Below are positions 35,901-44,747 of a DNA stretch of 47,975 nucleotides, one piece after another; positions within the stretch are counted from its first letter, which is position 1, and the number at the start of each line of letters is the position of its first letter. The DNA comes from a virus (taxonomy: Duplodnaviria; Caudoviricetes). The translations under genes were made by a program, and so were the position numbers. Under the pieces are notes generated by a model. That model was not told the origin of the DNA and ran no database searches. It saw nothing but the letters and a program-made list of their open reading frames with translations. The stretch is from the IMG/VR virus record IMGVR_UViG_3300037851_000814, positions 1 to 47,975 of that record, one strand, 5' to 3'.

Positions 35901-38900
35901 GCATCGATGATCGATTGGGGAGTGAAGCTCCATTCCATGACGCGGACGCCATTCACCTTGCCCCTGGTATCGGTCATCAGTGCAATAACCGCCGATGGAT
36001 CGGTGCTGATGGTCTTGAGCAGTTCTGCCGCCGCCTCTGGACTCTTCGCCTCTGGGCGATGCTCGGTGACGCCAGAAGAATACGCCGGCATCTTCACTGA
36101 CCGGACGCTCCACCGGAACTCTACGCCGGGATCGTAGACCGATATTTGGTCCCCGTCCAGGACCAGTCCGAATAAACTGACACCATGGTCTTTCGCCCAT
36201 TTCGCCAACTTGTGATAGACCGCAGTGTCAGCCTCACTGTGTTCGACCAACCCGCTTGGGTGATTGTGCGCGAAGTAGATGGTCGCCCCCGGACCGGCTT
36301 TTCTGACCGCAGCGAGGATGCTGTGGTAGTCGGCAGCAGTCGATGGCACTTCCGTTCCAGAAATGCACCCGATGCTGTAGACATCCATGGCGATTTGCCG
36401 TCCAGACACATCCACCACCAGGAAAGCCATGTGTTCGCAAAGGGGGCTGCGGATCGCCGCCAGGGCCACCGCAGCGTCTGCCGGCGACAGCACCTTCGTG
36501 TCCTGGATGCGGAGGTTCGGAATCCGTCCCCCGATATAGTCGGCGAGGACATTGCTGATCTGGTCGCCTTCCCGCATTTCGACGGTGGCCCCGGCGATCA
36601 GTCGGAGCAGGGGATGATCTTCGCGAGGGTTGCGATCATCATTGAGCGACTTCTCCCTCTCCTCCTCCACCTCCGGGGACATCTTCTTCCGCTTCTTCGG
36701 CTTCTGCCTGGTCGCGATGGCGACATCGAAGATGCTCACCACCTCGCGATAGGCACGGTCCGCCATGGTTGCCATCGCGGTGTAGTCGTCCTCCCGGCCG
36801 ACGATGTCCTTCATCGTGGCCAGGAACACATCGGCATCGCTGCGACCAAGCAGGCGCTTGGCCCAGGCCACCGCCATCATGGTGTTCGATGAATCGGCGG
36901 TCATCCCGGCGATGGCGTCGGCGTATCGCAGGGACGCCGCGAGCCGGCCCTGCTCCTTCGGCAACTGGAAGCGGGTGGCGGAATAGAACTTCTGGATCAT
37001 CCCGACCACCGCGGCGCTCGGTTGCCAGGGATGGAACTCCTGGCCATCCACCCGGTTCCCGCGGAAGTACCCACCGTAGTCCTTGTCTTCTCGACCCAAT
37101 CCATCCATCACTTCCACCGTGAGATACTTGGCGTTGTCACGGGAGAAGTTGGCAAGGTCGATGAGCCGGCGGATCTGCGACTCGGTCGGTGGTGCGCCGA
37201 TCTCGACGGCGATGATCTCCGGTTGAACGCGGATGTAGCCCAGGTTTATCAACTGCTGCATCGCCTTCTGGCCACCGACCTCCCGATGATCTCGGGTGCG
37301 GATGTCATGCCCTTCCTCGGAGAAGTCGAGCATGTCACCGTTGGGCGCGATGTACCCGCATTTCCGCCAATCGGTGGTGGTGCCGAACGATCTCACCGCG
37401 TCGAAGTCGATGGCGTCCGTCGGTTTCGCCAGTGACCATGCTGCGGCCACCGCTTCCCCGAAGTCCTCTCGCCGGCGCTTGGCTTCCAGGTCGGACAGGT
37501 CGCGGATCCGCTCACGGTAGTCCGGCTGCCGTGCCATGGGTTCGCCGCGGGAGATCGCCGCACCCTCGCGAAGCGCCAGCCGGTATGACTCCTCCTCTGC
37601 CATCCGCTTCCGCCGCGATCCTCGGCCGACACGCAGAAGGGCCAGCATGTCATCGATCCAGCGGACGATCCGTTGCCAGAAGGTCGGGGCGATGGCGACG
37701 GCGGTCCGCTTCCCGGTGGTCGGGTCGATGGCGAAGACGCTACCACCCTCCTCGACCAGGCGACCGTCGCTGAACCGCTCAATGACATCGGCAACCAACT
37801 CTTCCCGGATCATCTGCTTCCGGCGTTCCTCGGAGATCCCGGCATACGCCTCTTCGTAGCGTGGCGTCAGGTCACGGTGCCATCCCGACCTGATCGATGC
37901 CTTGGCGACTCGGTCGATCTCTTCATCGGTGATCAGACCCATGGCCCGGAACACATGCACCAACTCATGCCCGTAGGTGCCGACCAGTTGCCCAGGGTAG
38001 ACATCGACCTCGGCGGTCACCGATCCTTGGGGATTGACCACCAGGCCGCGGAATGCTCCACCGGCACCGGGTTGGTCGGTCGGTTCCGTCCGCGGAGTGA
38101 ACCGGATGTATTCGCCGTTCTTGGCCCGCACAGTGACGACCCCATCTGGCGACCGATAGATGGTCCCGTACTTCCCCACGCTCCGTTGCAGGATCTGCTG
38201 GAAGATCGCGGTCTTGTTCGGCGCGGTTCCGGGCATGATGAGATCGAATGGCAACTCGTCATCGAACTCGTCGTCGGCGCGGTCCAGGGTTTCGGCTGCC
38301 GTTTCGCCATCCTCCGCGTAGGTCGCCGATTCACCGATGGCCACCTCTTCGGCCCGCCTCCGCTCGTACTCCATCCGCAGGTCTTCGTCTTCCTTCGTCC
38401 GCTGCGCCTCGTCGGCGCGGCTGGCGAGCGCCTCCCGGATCAGTCGCCACATTTCATTGGTGGTGCCGTCGCCGATGCCGATGGTCTGCAACCGTGCCGC
38501 GATCTGGTCGGGACTGTTGGATCCGCGATCCGCCGACCGGGACATGACGGAGGTGTAGACGCCCTTGAAAGTCGGCTGTTCGTCGTATTCGCCGCCCTTG
38601 TAACCGCGGGGCTTGCTGGCGATTCCGCCCTCCTGTTCGATGGCATTGAGGATGTCCGGGCCATAGGACCGTTCGGGGATCCTGGTCCGTGCCTTCTTCC
38701 GCTTTGCCGGGACCGGGATCGGTCGCGTCTGCCCCTTTGTGACCAGCCGCACATCAGACGGTTGCATGGTGTTCGCGATCTCATCGACCGCAGCACTGAA
38801 CTCCGGGGAACCCACTGCCGGGCCATCCTTGATCGAGGATGCGATCAAGGACCGGATAGCCTCCGCCTTGCGCTGGTCGGCCACCGCATCGCCATCGGTC

Positions 38901-41218
38901 AGTGACCGGAGGATCTCCCGGTATGGGTTGAGCGCCTCGACCTGGGCGTCGGTCAGCGCCGTCGGGTGGACACCATACCAGGATGATGCGGTGATCCTGC
39001 CGATGGCGGAATCGACCGCCATCCGCTGGACGGGACCGGAGGAATGGACCGCCATGTCGGCCAGGGTGGCAAGGTCTTCCGAAGTCACCTCGTCGGACGG
39101 ATCGACCGATTCAATCACCCCCTCCGACGAACCTGGAATCGGGTTCCCGGTAAGTGGATCGTTTCCGTCTGGATTTGATTGCCGCAACCTGCTGGAATCG
39201 TCCAGGACGAGAGATTTTTCCACCCCCTCCTGGGACACCTCGGCGTTCGGAACTTCCAAGCCTGCCCCGTCCTCTCCAGCGGTGCGCTGGATTTCGCCCT
39301 CCTCCGGTTCCAGGCCCAGGATTTCCTGGCCGACACCCTCCTCCACCTCTGTGGAAGCTGCCGCGGGGGCCTTCGGGGCTGGGGGGCCTGGCTCCCGGAC
39401 GATCTCATCCGGCTCGATCTGGGGGGCCGGTTGGGCCGGCATCACTCTGGCGGGGGCCACCGCTTCTTTGGCTCGCGGAGGGGAGCCGGTGTCATCGGCG
39501 AACGCCAGCAGGCGTCCGACGACGCCCAGGGCGGCATCAGCCTGGGCCACCGCATCGCCGCCCGTCCACAAGGGTGTGATGTAGACCAGGTCGAACCCAT
39601 CGGTGTCGGCATCGACCTTGGATCGGCGCAGGCGACCGTCCTTGCCCCGTTCCAACAACCTGGCTACCGTCGCTCCACCGCGCCGCGCCGTTTCCTCGGC
39701 CAAGGCTCCGCTGATCTCCAGGTCGCCGTCGCGGTCAGGAATCGGGACCAGCAGATCGCCGCGGGAGGTCTCCAGGGCGATCTCGGAACCCGCGAACTCG
39801 ATGGCCGACTCCTCGCCGGCCATGATCTCTTCCAGGACGCTGATCGTGTCGGGAGTCGAGGTTTCACCGCGGAGGCTGCGGCTGGCGACAATATTCGGAG
39901 CAGGGGATACCACCGATCCACCCGGCAGGTCCATCGAAGGCGAGACCTCCTGCCCGATTTCGTCGTCCCGCACCTTCTTTGCTTTGGCCTTCCGCTTCGC
40001 TGGGGCCTTCCGCCGTCCCTTGATGGCCGCCGTTGCCTGCCGGCGAGCCTCGCCCATCGGCACACCAGAGTCGACCAACCTCTTGATCTCCCGGCGGAGA
40101 TCGCCGTCGGCGATCTTTTCCCCGGTGGTCGGCTGGCCATGGATCACGGTCCGATCGGCTCCCGACACGGTTTCCAGCGCAATGTCGGTGATCGCCCGCG
40201 CCACCGCCTTCTGCCTGGCTGATGGCATCGCCTGGTCGATCAACCGCTCCATGTCGGCATCGGACACGGCAGATCCCGCCTTGACCGATTCGTTGACCGC
40301 CACCTGAAACGCCTTGACGCCGCTCATGGTGATCATCGTGGCGAACCCGACATCCGCCCCGATGGATCGCCAGTCGAGATCGGTCCAATCGGTGGTGGGA
40401 TCCTTGAGCTTCGCCTCCGCCAACTGTTGCACTGCTTCGGTGACGAACTCCTCGGCGAACTCGACCCCATATTCCTTGGCGAACGCCCAGGCACCCTTCC
40501 CAAATCCCTTGGCGATGGTCTGCTTGGCAGCAGTCGAGATCCCTTCCAGACCGTGGAGTCCGGTCAGCTTTCCAACGGCATAGGCGATCAGACCCTCGTA
40601 AGACGCCTGTTCCAAGGCATGCATCATCGCCCGCTTTTCCGACACACCCTGCTTCTTGGCGCGGTTGTAGGCATCGATGCCGGTGCTGACGGCGAAGTAG
40701 GGGATGGATGCGTAGCCCATCGCCATCGCTTCTCCGATGTTCGCGATGGCCGGCGGGGCGTGGGTATGGACATAGTTGGGAAGGACATTGTCCGGGTCTT
40801 TCGCCCGGCGTTCGATCGCACCCTGGAACACTTCCGCCGACCGCTGCAACCGTTCGGCCTGGTCCTGGTCGCCCTTCACCGCGGCCGACACTTGCCCCAT
40901 CCGGGTGGCGGCGGTGACCAAGCCGGTGACGAACAACCGCTGCAACTCATGCCCTGGGAGAGATGCGGCGATTTCCCGCTCGCGATCCAACTTCTCCTCA
41001 TGGATCTGCCGCCGCAACGAGTTTTGAGCGTCCATCGATCCTTGGGCAAAGGGAGCGTTGGCATCGATGAACTGATCCAATGATCCGATCTTCTCGGATC
41101 CGGTCAGTCGTCCTTGCGGCATCAAGAACGCCAGTTGCTTCTTGATCTTCGGATCGACATCAGGTTCCGCTTCCGGCGCGATCTCCGGTTCCGGCTTGGT
41201 GAGCGGTTCCGGCATCAC
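29846..41218 (-). CDS. Giant polyvalent internal-virion (likely ejected) protein, 3790 aa
   Basis: Last gene of the virion operon. HELVH zincin motif, RadC/JAB HNHPSG...SEAD, a Cx5Cx3CYA GP88-like module, and an LPD38-like C-terminus (PLIKTPVELITGQSYY). Confidence 0.85.
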   Translation of the reverse strand: MMPEPLTKPEPEIAPEAEPDVDPKIKKQLAFLMPQGRLTGSEKIGSLDQFIDANAPFAQGSMDAQNSLRRQIHEEKLDREREIAASLPGHELQRLFVTGLVTAATRMGQVSAAVKGDQDQAERLQRSAEVFQGAIERRAKDPDNVLPNYVHTHAPPAIANIGEAMAMGYASIPYFAVSTGIDAYNRAKKQGVSEKRAMMHALEQASYEGLIAYAVGKLTGLHGLEGISTAAKQTIAKGFGKGAWAFAKEYGVEFAEEFVTEAVQQLAEAKLKDPTTDWTDLDWRSIGADVGFATMITMSGVKAFQVAVNESVKAGSAVSDADMERLIDQAMPSARQKAVARAITDIALETVSGADRTVIHGQPTTGEKIADGDLRREIKRLVDSGVPMGEARRQATAAIKGRRKAPAKRKAKAKKVRDDEIGQEVSPSMDLPGGSVVSPAPNIVASRSLRGETSTPDTISVLEEIMAGEESAIEFAGSEIALETSRGDLLVPIPDRDGDLEISGALAEETARRGGATVARLLERGKDGRLRRSKVDADTDGFDLVYITPLWTGGDAVAQADAALGVVGRLLAFADDTGSPPRAKEAVAPARVMPAQPAPQIEPDEIVREPGPPAPKAPAAASTEVEEGVGQEILGLEPEEGEIQRTAGEDGAGLEVPNAEVSQEGVEKSLVLDDSSRLRQSNPDGNDPLTGNPIPGSSEGVIESVDPSDEVTSEDLATLADMAVHSSGPVQRMAVDSAIGRITASSWYGVHPTALTDAQVEALNPYREILRSLTDGDAVADQRKAEAIRSLIASSIKDGPAVGSPEFSAAVDEIANTMQPSDVRLVTKGQTRPIPVPAKRKKARTRIPERSYGPDILNAIEQEGGIASKPRGYKGGEYDEQPTFKGVYTSVMSRSADRGSNSPDQIAARLQTIGIGDGTTNEMWRLIREALASRADEAQRTKEDEDLRMEYERRRAEEVAIGESATYAEDGETAAETLDRADDEFDDELPFDLIMPGTAPNKTAIFQQILQRSVGKYGTIYRSPDGVVTVRAKNGEYIRFTPRTEPTDQPGAGGAFRGLVVNPQGSVTAEVDVYPGQLVGTYGHELVHVFRAMGLITDEEIDRVAKASIRSGWHRDLTPRYEEAYAGISEERRKQMIREELVADVIERFSDGRLVEEGGSVFAIDPTTGKRTAVAIAPTFWQRIVRWIDDMLALLRVGRGSRRKRMAEEESYRLALREGAAISRGEPMARQPDYRERIRDLSDLEAKRRREDFGEAVAAAWSLAKPTDAIDFDAVRSFGTTTDWRKCGYIAPNGDMLDFSEEGHDIRTRDHREVGGQKAMQQLINLGYIRVQPEIIAVEIGAPPTESQIRRLIDLANFSRDNAKYLTVEVMDGLGREDKDYGGYFRGNRVDGQEFHPWQPSAAVVGMIQKFYSATRFQLPKEQGRLAASLRYADAIAGMTADSSNTMMAVAWAKRLLGRSDADVFLATMKDIVGREDDYTAMATMADRAYREVVSIFDVAIATRQKPKKRKKMSPEVEEEREKSLNDDRNPREDHPLLRLIAGATVEMREGDQISNVLADYIGGRIPNLRIQDTKVLSPADAAVALAAIRSPLCEHMAFLVVDVSGRQIAMDVYSIGCISGTEVPSTAADYHSILAAVRKAGPGATIYFAHNHPSGLVEHSEADTAVYHKLAKWAKDHGVSLFGLVLDGDQISVYDPGVEFRWSVRSVKMPAYSSGVTEHRPEAKSPEAAAELLKTISTDPSAVIALMTDTRGKVNGVRVMEWSFTPQSIIDAMAECIAYNTILATRSQQTYERITDRAILPDLPRGVVDIVFLANDGTVLSFRREKANLWNLVGSARQMVEQPADRYMPEAQDPALKNQLHLFGDGEVGPAPAPEKIQMEIPDGTERSWKEDAHRIMRQRDEGQKTLFDEGMTEEPGQTTLFHLPRRAPDRIFIRSGKVVVRNDGASVPLEDVRGAHVIDLSRKGRKGSISVYDRGVVKSATFDLDSIPKGFFTVMSKHAATPWGVVAARSLLVRAALLEALDPKAAKTKGYSIAWPAWAKGALQAQGTLERKLRLLLDAMRTKRELAFFAAATKPEVAISSSQINCDPSDGCAQECYAANNLRQTFEASLIINEIIDLVAAHHPDELGTYIAKSFIAERGNLEPLRFHDRGDGGDHWARVIAAMNAAGVRAHVFSKRPSYLSKVDDRNIRLLSIDRTNIDKAKGNDLDIAYVWKDAEDLPHVRRMEKRIQVVLPIRSGGRLVAKDIDKIPESLIPHTCPIDKGDATIGIAWRSDPTSRQWTCPRCDHANRGCARGQQTIDRMPAKTISQLFREVLEQGAREGLSNDEIRRLFDDERRRITGGTAGEAATADPGKRVPAPGRPGRRTKGRDSGDASHIARFALDKQANPVWYSQSRAFLTDPNSKMPRRGTGERMLGWLKNHGIGNEELYWSGLSELDPKKEVSREEMLAIMDGDPIPNVRMEEHRVQTRAGKESALFVADLQPGGQVELGVRRALLEAAMNGYDRLAWPTENDNTIPLIIKKTLRSLGVKAETEDVEIPVAEAPGGRVPGGPESVTVRSIPITASARAAMEAAIPISWQLPPTATIDHSAGIQDDRSIRDQILRLASGNGRTVLALTSPWRESEIERLSSDPDAAQRIAEALIARPMEPGFWSNAWEWVNGFWSESRRTFKQLDEAKHAILVERLKRLYNEIDAAPIWAVRQIADWQRHLTDAEKVDMALGLALPDVIRELEADDGLYADNPGGIPFYGRGQDEDRSVVEIRRIIEADLAAVNERMTPAVARAIQSREDWHQEFTAELVEASLLQRDVLADHRYFHRMVIKYLDDRAKGGMVRSGVRVKKVPAQYERVGGGDFSLNYLMAEMECIASMQIQLSKLSFLAEVDRRYGVQRDLKRQADNLNRSNMVEVLVAQAVAGQKAPIDVETMAMIRQQAREWDKPYRTRIAMNNQWLIERIAKGELIGTPFADLEEEARNAHAQHLEDVEQWKDMHADEDPADRPPRPSLHFDHEDWFPFLAYLASGKHGSIEVVHRNKDGSEEREVTDPARNALSVFSAIAERQKEIKKTLGKKFLTWKSLAQQLEGYRLWQPKPGLLVVPGFSVSDQMVGEVLDQIGMTTDEDLLATMPDTCSIKVGKLHRASLVVGLRPQWCLPEEVADQLDELETTFIGEHAKTMFARGLENLNRVWKPIILFGPWRWLKYEFNNLSGDLDAAISHPGILREVPGAAADLWRWLHRTPGEAAGSGGLFGVLVGSAVGLMVTGGLGGAALGMLAGGSTGAIVGGMLREAQGEAFDDPKRTEAERLGILQSGQLINEVKEGGWQNATHLLVEPTDGWLKRAIKQPLSAYYRRVRAFNAWREGVLRLAAARYFWKLLGGVNLRLGAKRYYGASRRDAMDELYAQLDAAEREGDFDASQAVKSVISAKLARELMGDYGSISVTGRELRRGLLPFWAWQEVNFPRYVRLVKNARYEGGNGTAAGIRVAGGLTARTVVAISALTVMATAWNAMMKAANDIPDEEDPNRQKGRGLYIILGRYDDGKIRAVKFSGALMDALGWLGADDVGRHADNIRRADHRGEIGAGLAQVAADIGMAPVQRMADLITPLIKTPVELITGQSYYPDVSRPREIVDRLDAALGVVGLSQPYRAFTDMASMDMLANGLVYDFDPGAQAYWRSRDLVREWGEAREDDSRQRTFALAQARSSWMRGEPDRAKRWLSRYFATEGASLKGYHQSIRMGHPLARVPKAKVDAFLDGLTEEDRRLTQLGIRWWEEVGAGAAGFDDLAAEVARSFGLE

Positions 41219-42843
41219 TCACTCCCCAGGCCCGCACGGATCGCATCCGCCCGCTCATCGGGAATGATGACCTGCAACGCCCGATGATATGACCGCAGCG
41301 ACATCGCCTCCTCCTGCGCTCGGGCTGGATCGATCTCCGCCAGTCGGCGGAGATAGGTGAGCAATCTGCCATCCTCGGGGAATCGCATCCCCTCCCGTTT
41401 GATGGCACCCTGCAACTCCTGCATCAAGGTTCCCGCCTGTTTGCCCTGTGGCAAGACTCGCTCCCCTGGCCTTCCACCGCCAGCCATCTGGTAGTCAACC
41501 ATGGCACCGAAGGTCGATGCGATGGCGTCCGGCGACCACTGCCGGATGTCCTTCCCGCTTTCCTCGACGGTTCCCTTGAACACATTCGCCGACCTGGTCT
41601 TCACCAACCTGGGATTGACGGTCGGACCGCTGGCGGTGGCGGAGATTTTCGCTGCGGTGGGCTGGTAGGACAGCATGGATCCGCTCGGGTAGATCGTGCG
41701 CTGGCGTTCCTCGTCCAGTTTCTTCTGCTCCTTCTCGCTCAAGCCTTCCACTGCCGGCATCCCGCCCTGGGCCTGGAAGTCGTCCTGGAACTCGCGCCAG
41801 CGGTCGAGGAGCAACGAGCGTTCACGATTCGTCAGGTAGCGGACCTCCGCCGGATCGGCACCGGACAACTCCTCGGCCACCTCTTCCTCAAAGTCGTCCA
41901 TCTTTTCGTCCAGCGTCTTGTCGCCCAGGTTGGCATCCTGGAAGCGTTCCCGGATCTTCTTCTCGGTTTCGGTCGGCTCACGGATGTCGCTGCGGAACGG
42001 GTTCACATCCTGGAGCTTCACACCGGAGGCGAGCATCTGTTCTTCGATCTTCCGCGCCATCTTGATGCGACCGATGACATCCTGCCGTTGCTTGATGCCA
42101 CGCAGCCCTTCCGGTGACGCAACCCCGCCGGGCGGTCCCTTCATCCCGGCCGCGCCGGCGGTGTCGGGCTTGCCAGCCTTCTGCTCGGCGACATCGACCA
42201 TGGATGGGGCGGTTTTGGGGCCAGTCTCCGGTGGAGAATCCTTCCCGGTCTCTGTCTGGGCCGGCGACTTCTTCCGCTCACCCTTCGATCCAGGTTGCGC
42301 CAGTCCCAACGCCTCTCGCAGCGAATAGACGGGACTGAAAAGGTTGGACACCCACCCGCCATGGTAGTCGGTCTTCGGGGGAGCCTTTTCCACCGGCGGC
42401 TTTTCCTCTTCGGCCGGCTTGCCGGCGAAGACCTCCTCCACCTCTTCCGACGACCACTTGCGGTCGGGATCATCCAGGATCCGACGCTGCATGGCGCTGA
42501 TCTTGTTCTCGTAATCGAACAACTGCTTCCGGTCGGCCGGGCGCGGACGACCGAATGCGTTGGCGATGGATCTGGCCCGCTCCCGCGCCTTCTCGGGACT
42601 GATCTTCCACCGCGACTTCGCCACCCTGGCCTTTTGCTCAAGCCGGAATGCAGCCCGTTCTCTCGCCCGTTCGATCCTTGGCTTTTCCGCTTCGATCTCC
42701 TCGATCTTTCGCTCACTCTCTCCGGCGCGGAGGAACTGCGCCTCCATCCGATTGTAGGCAGCCGCGTCCGGGCTGAACCGCTGCGGGAGGTTCATCCCGA
42801 AGAGATATGGTTCGTGATAGATGTTCAGACCGACTTCCGGCAT
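41215..42843 (-). CDS. Putative internal virion protein (~542 aa)
   Basis: Charged helical protein. ATG 42843 with GAGGA SD. Stop overlaps the start of the giant gene. Confidence 0.6.
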   Translation of the reverse strand: MPEVGLNIYHEPYLFGMNLPQRFSPDAAAYNRMEAQFLRAGESERKIEEIEAEKPRIERARERAAFRLEQKARVAKSRWKISPEKARERARSIANAFGRPRPADRKQLFDYENKISAMQRRILDDPDRKWSSEEVEEVFAGKPAEEEKPPVEKAPPKTDYHGGWVSNLFSPVYSLREALGLAQPGSKGERKKSPAQTETGKDSPPETGPKTAPSMVDVAEQKAGKPDTAGAAGMKGPPGGVASPEGLRGIKQRQDVIGRIKMARKIEEQMLASGVKLQDVNPFRSDIREPTETEKKIRERFQDANLGDKTLDEKMDDFEEEVAEELSGADPAEVRYLTNRERSLLLDRWREFQDDFQAQGGMPAVEGLSEKEQKKLDEERQRTIYPSGSMLSYQPTAAKISATASGPTVNPRLVKTRSANVFKGTVEESGKDIRQWSPDAIASTFGAMVDYQMAGGGRPGERVLPQGKQAGTLMQELQGAIKREGMRFPEDGRLLTYLRRLAEIDPARAQEEAMSLRSYHRALQVIIPDERADAIRAGLGSE

Positions 42844-42850
42844 GGGTTCC

Positions 42851-43453
42851 TCAATAGGGGCTGAACCATCCGGCGAAGACCTCGCGGAGGTTGCTGGTGT
42901 GGGCGGCATCGGCGGCCCCCGCCCGCATCCGGGATTGAGACACCGCACCGTAGACATTTTCCGCCAGCCGCAACTTGCGGAGATAGTCCTGGTAGTCCAT
43001 CTCCCCTTCCTGGAGTCGCCCGGTCATTTCTCCCACATTCTCCTCCGCGGTGGCTCCCGCCCGACGGAGGCGCTCGACCCAATCGGATGCGGCACCTTCC
43101 CGCAGGGATCGGCTCACATCCAGGACCGCCAGATCACCACCCCCTCTTGCGCGGGCCATCGCCAACTGGCCGGCAGCACGACCGCCGAATCCGGTACGGG
43201 ATCTCCCAGCCCTTTTCCCAGCCAGTTTGGGATCAATCTCTCCCATCACCTGGGACAGATAGTCCTTCCGCCTTTGGAGACGCTCCTTGTACGCCTTGTT
43301 CTCCAACGCCCGAAAGACCATGTCGGCCGCAGCCATGTCGCCGCCGATGCGTTTCGCCCGCTCCCCGACATCGCGAGCGGTGAGACTATCGATCAGACCG
43401 TAACTCGCCTCGCCGATGGCGCGGTTGAGTCCGGCGAATCCACCTTGCATCAT
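42851..43453 (-). CDS. Putative internal virion protein (~200 aa)
   Basis: ATGA overlap at 43450-43453. Ala/Arg/Gly-rich and helical. Confidence 0.55.
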   Translation of the reverse strand: MMQGGFAGLNRAIGEASYGLIDSLTARDVGERAKRIGGDMAAADMVFRALENKAYKERLQRRKDYLSQVMGEIDPKLAGKRAGRSRTGFGGRAAGQLAMARARGGGDLAVLDVSRSLREGAASDWVERLRRAGATAEENVGEMTGRLQEGEMDYQDYLRKLRLAENVYGAVSQSRMRAGAADAAHTSNLREVFAGWFSPY

Positions 43454-44361
43454 GCTGCACCCTCCCGCAACATCCTGGCGATCTCGTCCAGCTTGTCCTG
43501 GCGTTCCTTCTCGGCTTTCGCGAGTTTCTCCGATTGGACCTCGTCGTAGATCGATGTTCCGATCTCCATTCCGGCCCCCAGGCCCTCGCCGGCCTGCTGG
43601 AAGGTGCGGTCCCACACCGCATAGGGAGTCTGCTCCGCCGCCTCATCGATCTTCATCTTCTGGAGGATGCCGCGGCTCACGGTGAAGTCCGGGCGCATGG
43701 AATCGATGGGCTGGCGAGCCATGCGTCGAGCCGTGCCACGCTTGGCGGATATTTCCTGTTCGGCGGCTGCCCCGGACCGTTCGCGCCGGGTCGCCAGTTG
43801 ACCGGCGGCGACGGCGGTTCCTGCGGCCCGATGACGGACACCGGCCTCCTCGACAGATCCTCCGACCCCTCGGGAAGACTCCCGCTGGCGCTCCCGCCGG
43901 GATGCGGTGGCAGCCTCGGTGGTCAGAAGATTGGCGGCTCGCTCGGCATCGGCGCGTTCGATCTGCGTGATGATCGACCGGATCGCCTGGCGATTGGCCC
44001 CAGCCTTGATTCCAGGGGCGGTCCCCCATTCCTCATCGATCTTGGCAAGGGTGTCCATCATCGCCGACCGCCGCAGTTCCTGGCGTTGCTTCTCCAACTG
44101 CATGTCGATGATGCCCAGGAGGTTGGTCATCTGCGCCTGGTCCCACGCAGACTTCGCCGCCCGGCGGGTCGAGGTGTAGCGGAGCGCAGCAGACCCACCA
44201 CGCACCACATGGCCTACGATCTGACGGACGATCTCCGCCCAGGGAACGAAGCTGCCCATGGCTCCGGTCGCCATGTCGGCAACACCGGATACGGGTCCGC
44301 CCCGTTGAGCCTGATTGGTGATCGTCCCCGCGACCTGCTGGGCGTACCCACTACCTGGCAT
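43450..44361 (-). CDS. Putative internal virion/ejection protein (303 aa)
   Basis: Gly/Ala-rich N-terminus followed by coiled coil. Synteny with podoviral core proteins. Confidence 0.55.
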   Translation of the reverse strand: MPGSGYAQQVAGTITNQAQRGGPVSGVADMATGAMGSFVPWAEIVRQIVGHVVRGGSAALRYTSTRRAAKSAWDQAQMTNLLGIIDMQLEKQRQELRRSAMMDTLAKIDEEWGTAPGIKAGANRQAIRSIITQIERADAERAANLLTTEAATASRRERQRESSRGVGGSVEEAGVRHRAAGTAVAAGQLATRRERSGAAAEQEISAKRGTARRMARQPIDSMRPDFTVSRGILQKMKIDEAAEQTPYAVWDRTFQQAGEGLGAGMEIGTSIYDEVQSEKLAKAEKERQDKLDEIARMLREGAA

Positions 44362-44590
44362 CGTCGTCCCCCTTCTTCCACCGCCGGTCCACGATCAGTT
44401 TCCCGGCCGGGATGATGCGCTCCGCCTTGAACAACTTCCCGGTTTCAGGATCCGGGATCCATACCATTGCACTGACCGGCTCCGCGAGTTGGACGATCAC
44501 CGTGGGATCCTCAACCAGTTCGATCTGGCGGACACACCCGGTCAGGATCACCAGCAGCACGGCTGCGATCAAGTACGCGGTCCCACGCAT
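44351..44590 (-). CDS. Lipoprotein, o-spanin-like (79 aa)
   Basis: Signal peptide with LTGC lipobox. AAGGAGG SD. Overlaps the upstream ORF. Confidence 0.7.
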   Translation of the reverse strand: MRGTAYLIAAVLLVILTGCVRQIELVEDPTVIVQLAEPVSAMVWIPDPETGKLFKAERIIPAGKLIVDRRWKKGDDDAR

Positions 44591-44747
44591 CGTTCACCTC
44601 CTTCGTCAACTGATCCTGCTCCGGGGTGGCGCGGATCGGCTTGGCATCCTCGGGTTGGCGGAGGATGTTCCAGAACACCGGGATGATCTCGCGAAAGATC
44701 GGCGCAAGCGCCTCCCCGATGGCCCGGATGATCTCGCCCAGCATCAA
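44511..44747 (-). CDS. Possible i-spanin-like protein (78 aa)
   Basis: Amphipathic N-terminus, overlaps the lipoprotein gene in Rz/Rz1 fashion. The TM segment is weak. Confidence 0.4.
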   Translation of the reverse strand: MMLGEIIRAIGEALAPIFREIIPVFWNILRQPEDAKPIRATPEQDQLTKEVNDAWDRVLDRSRAAGDPDRVCPPDRTG

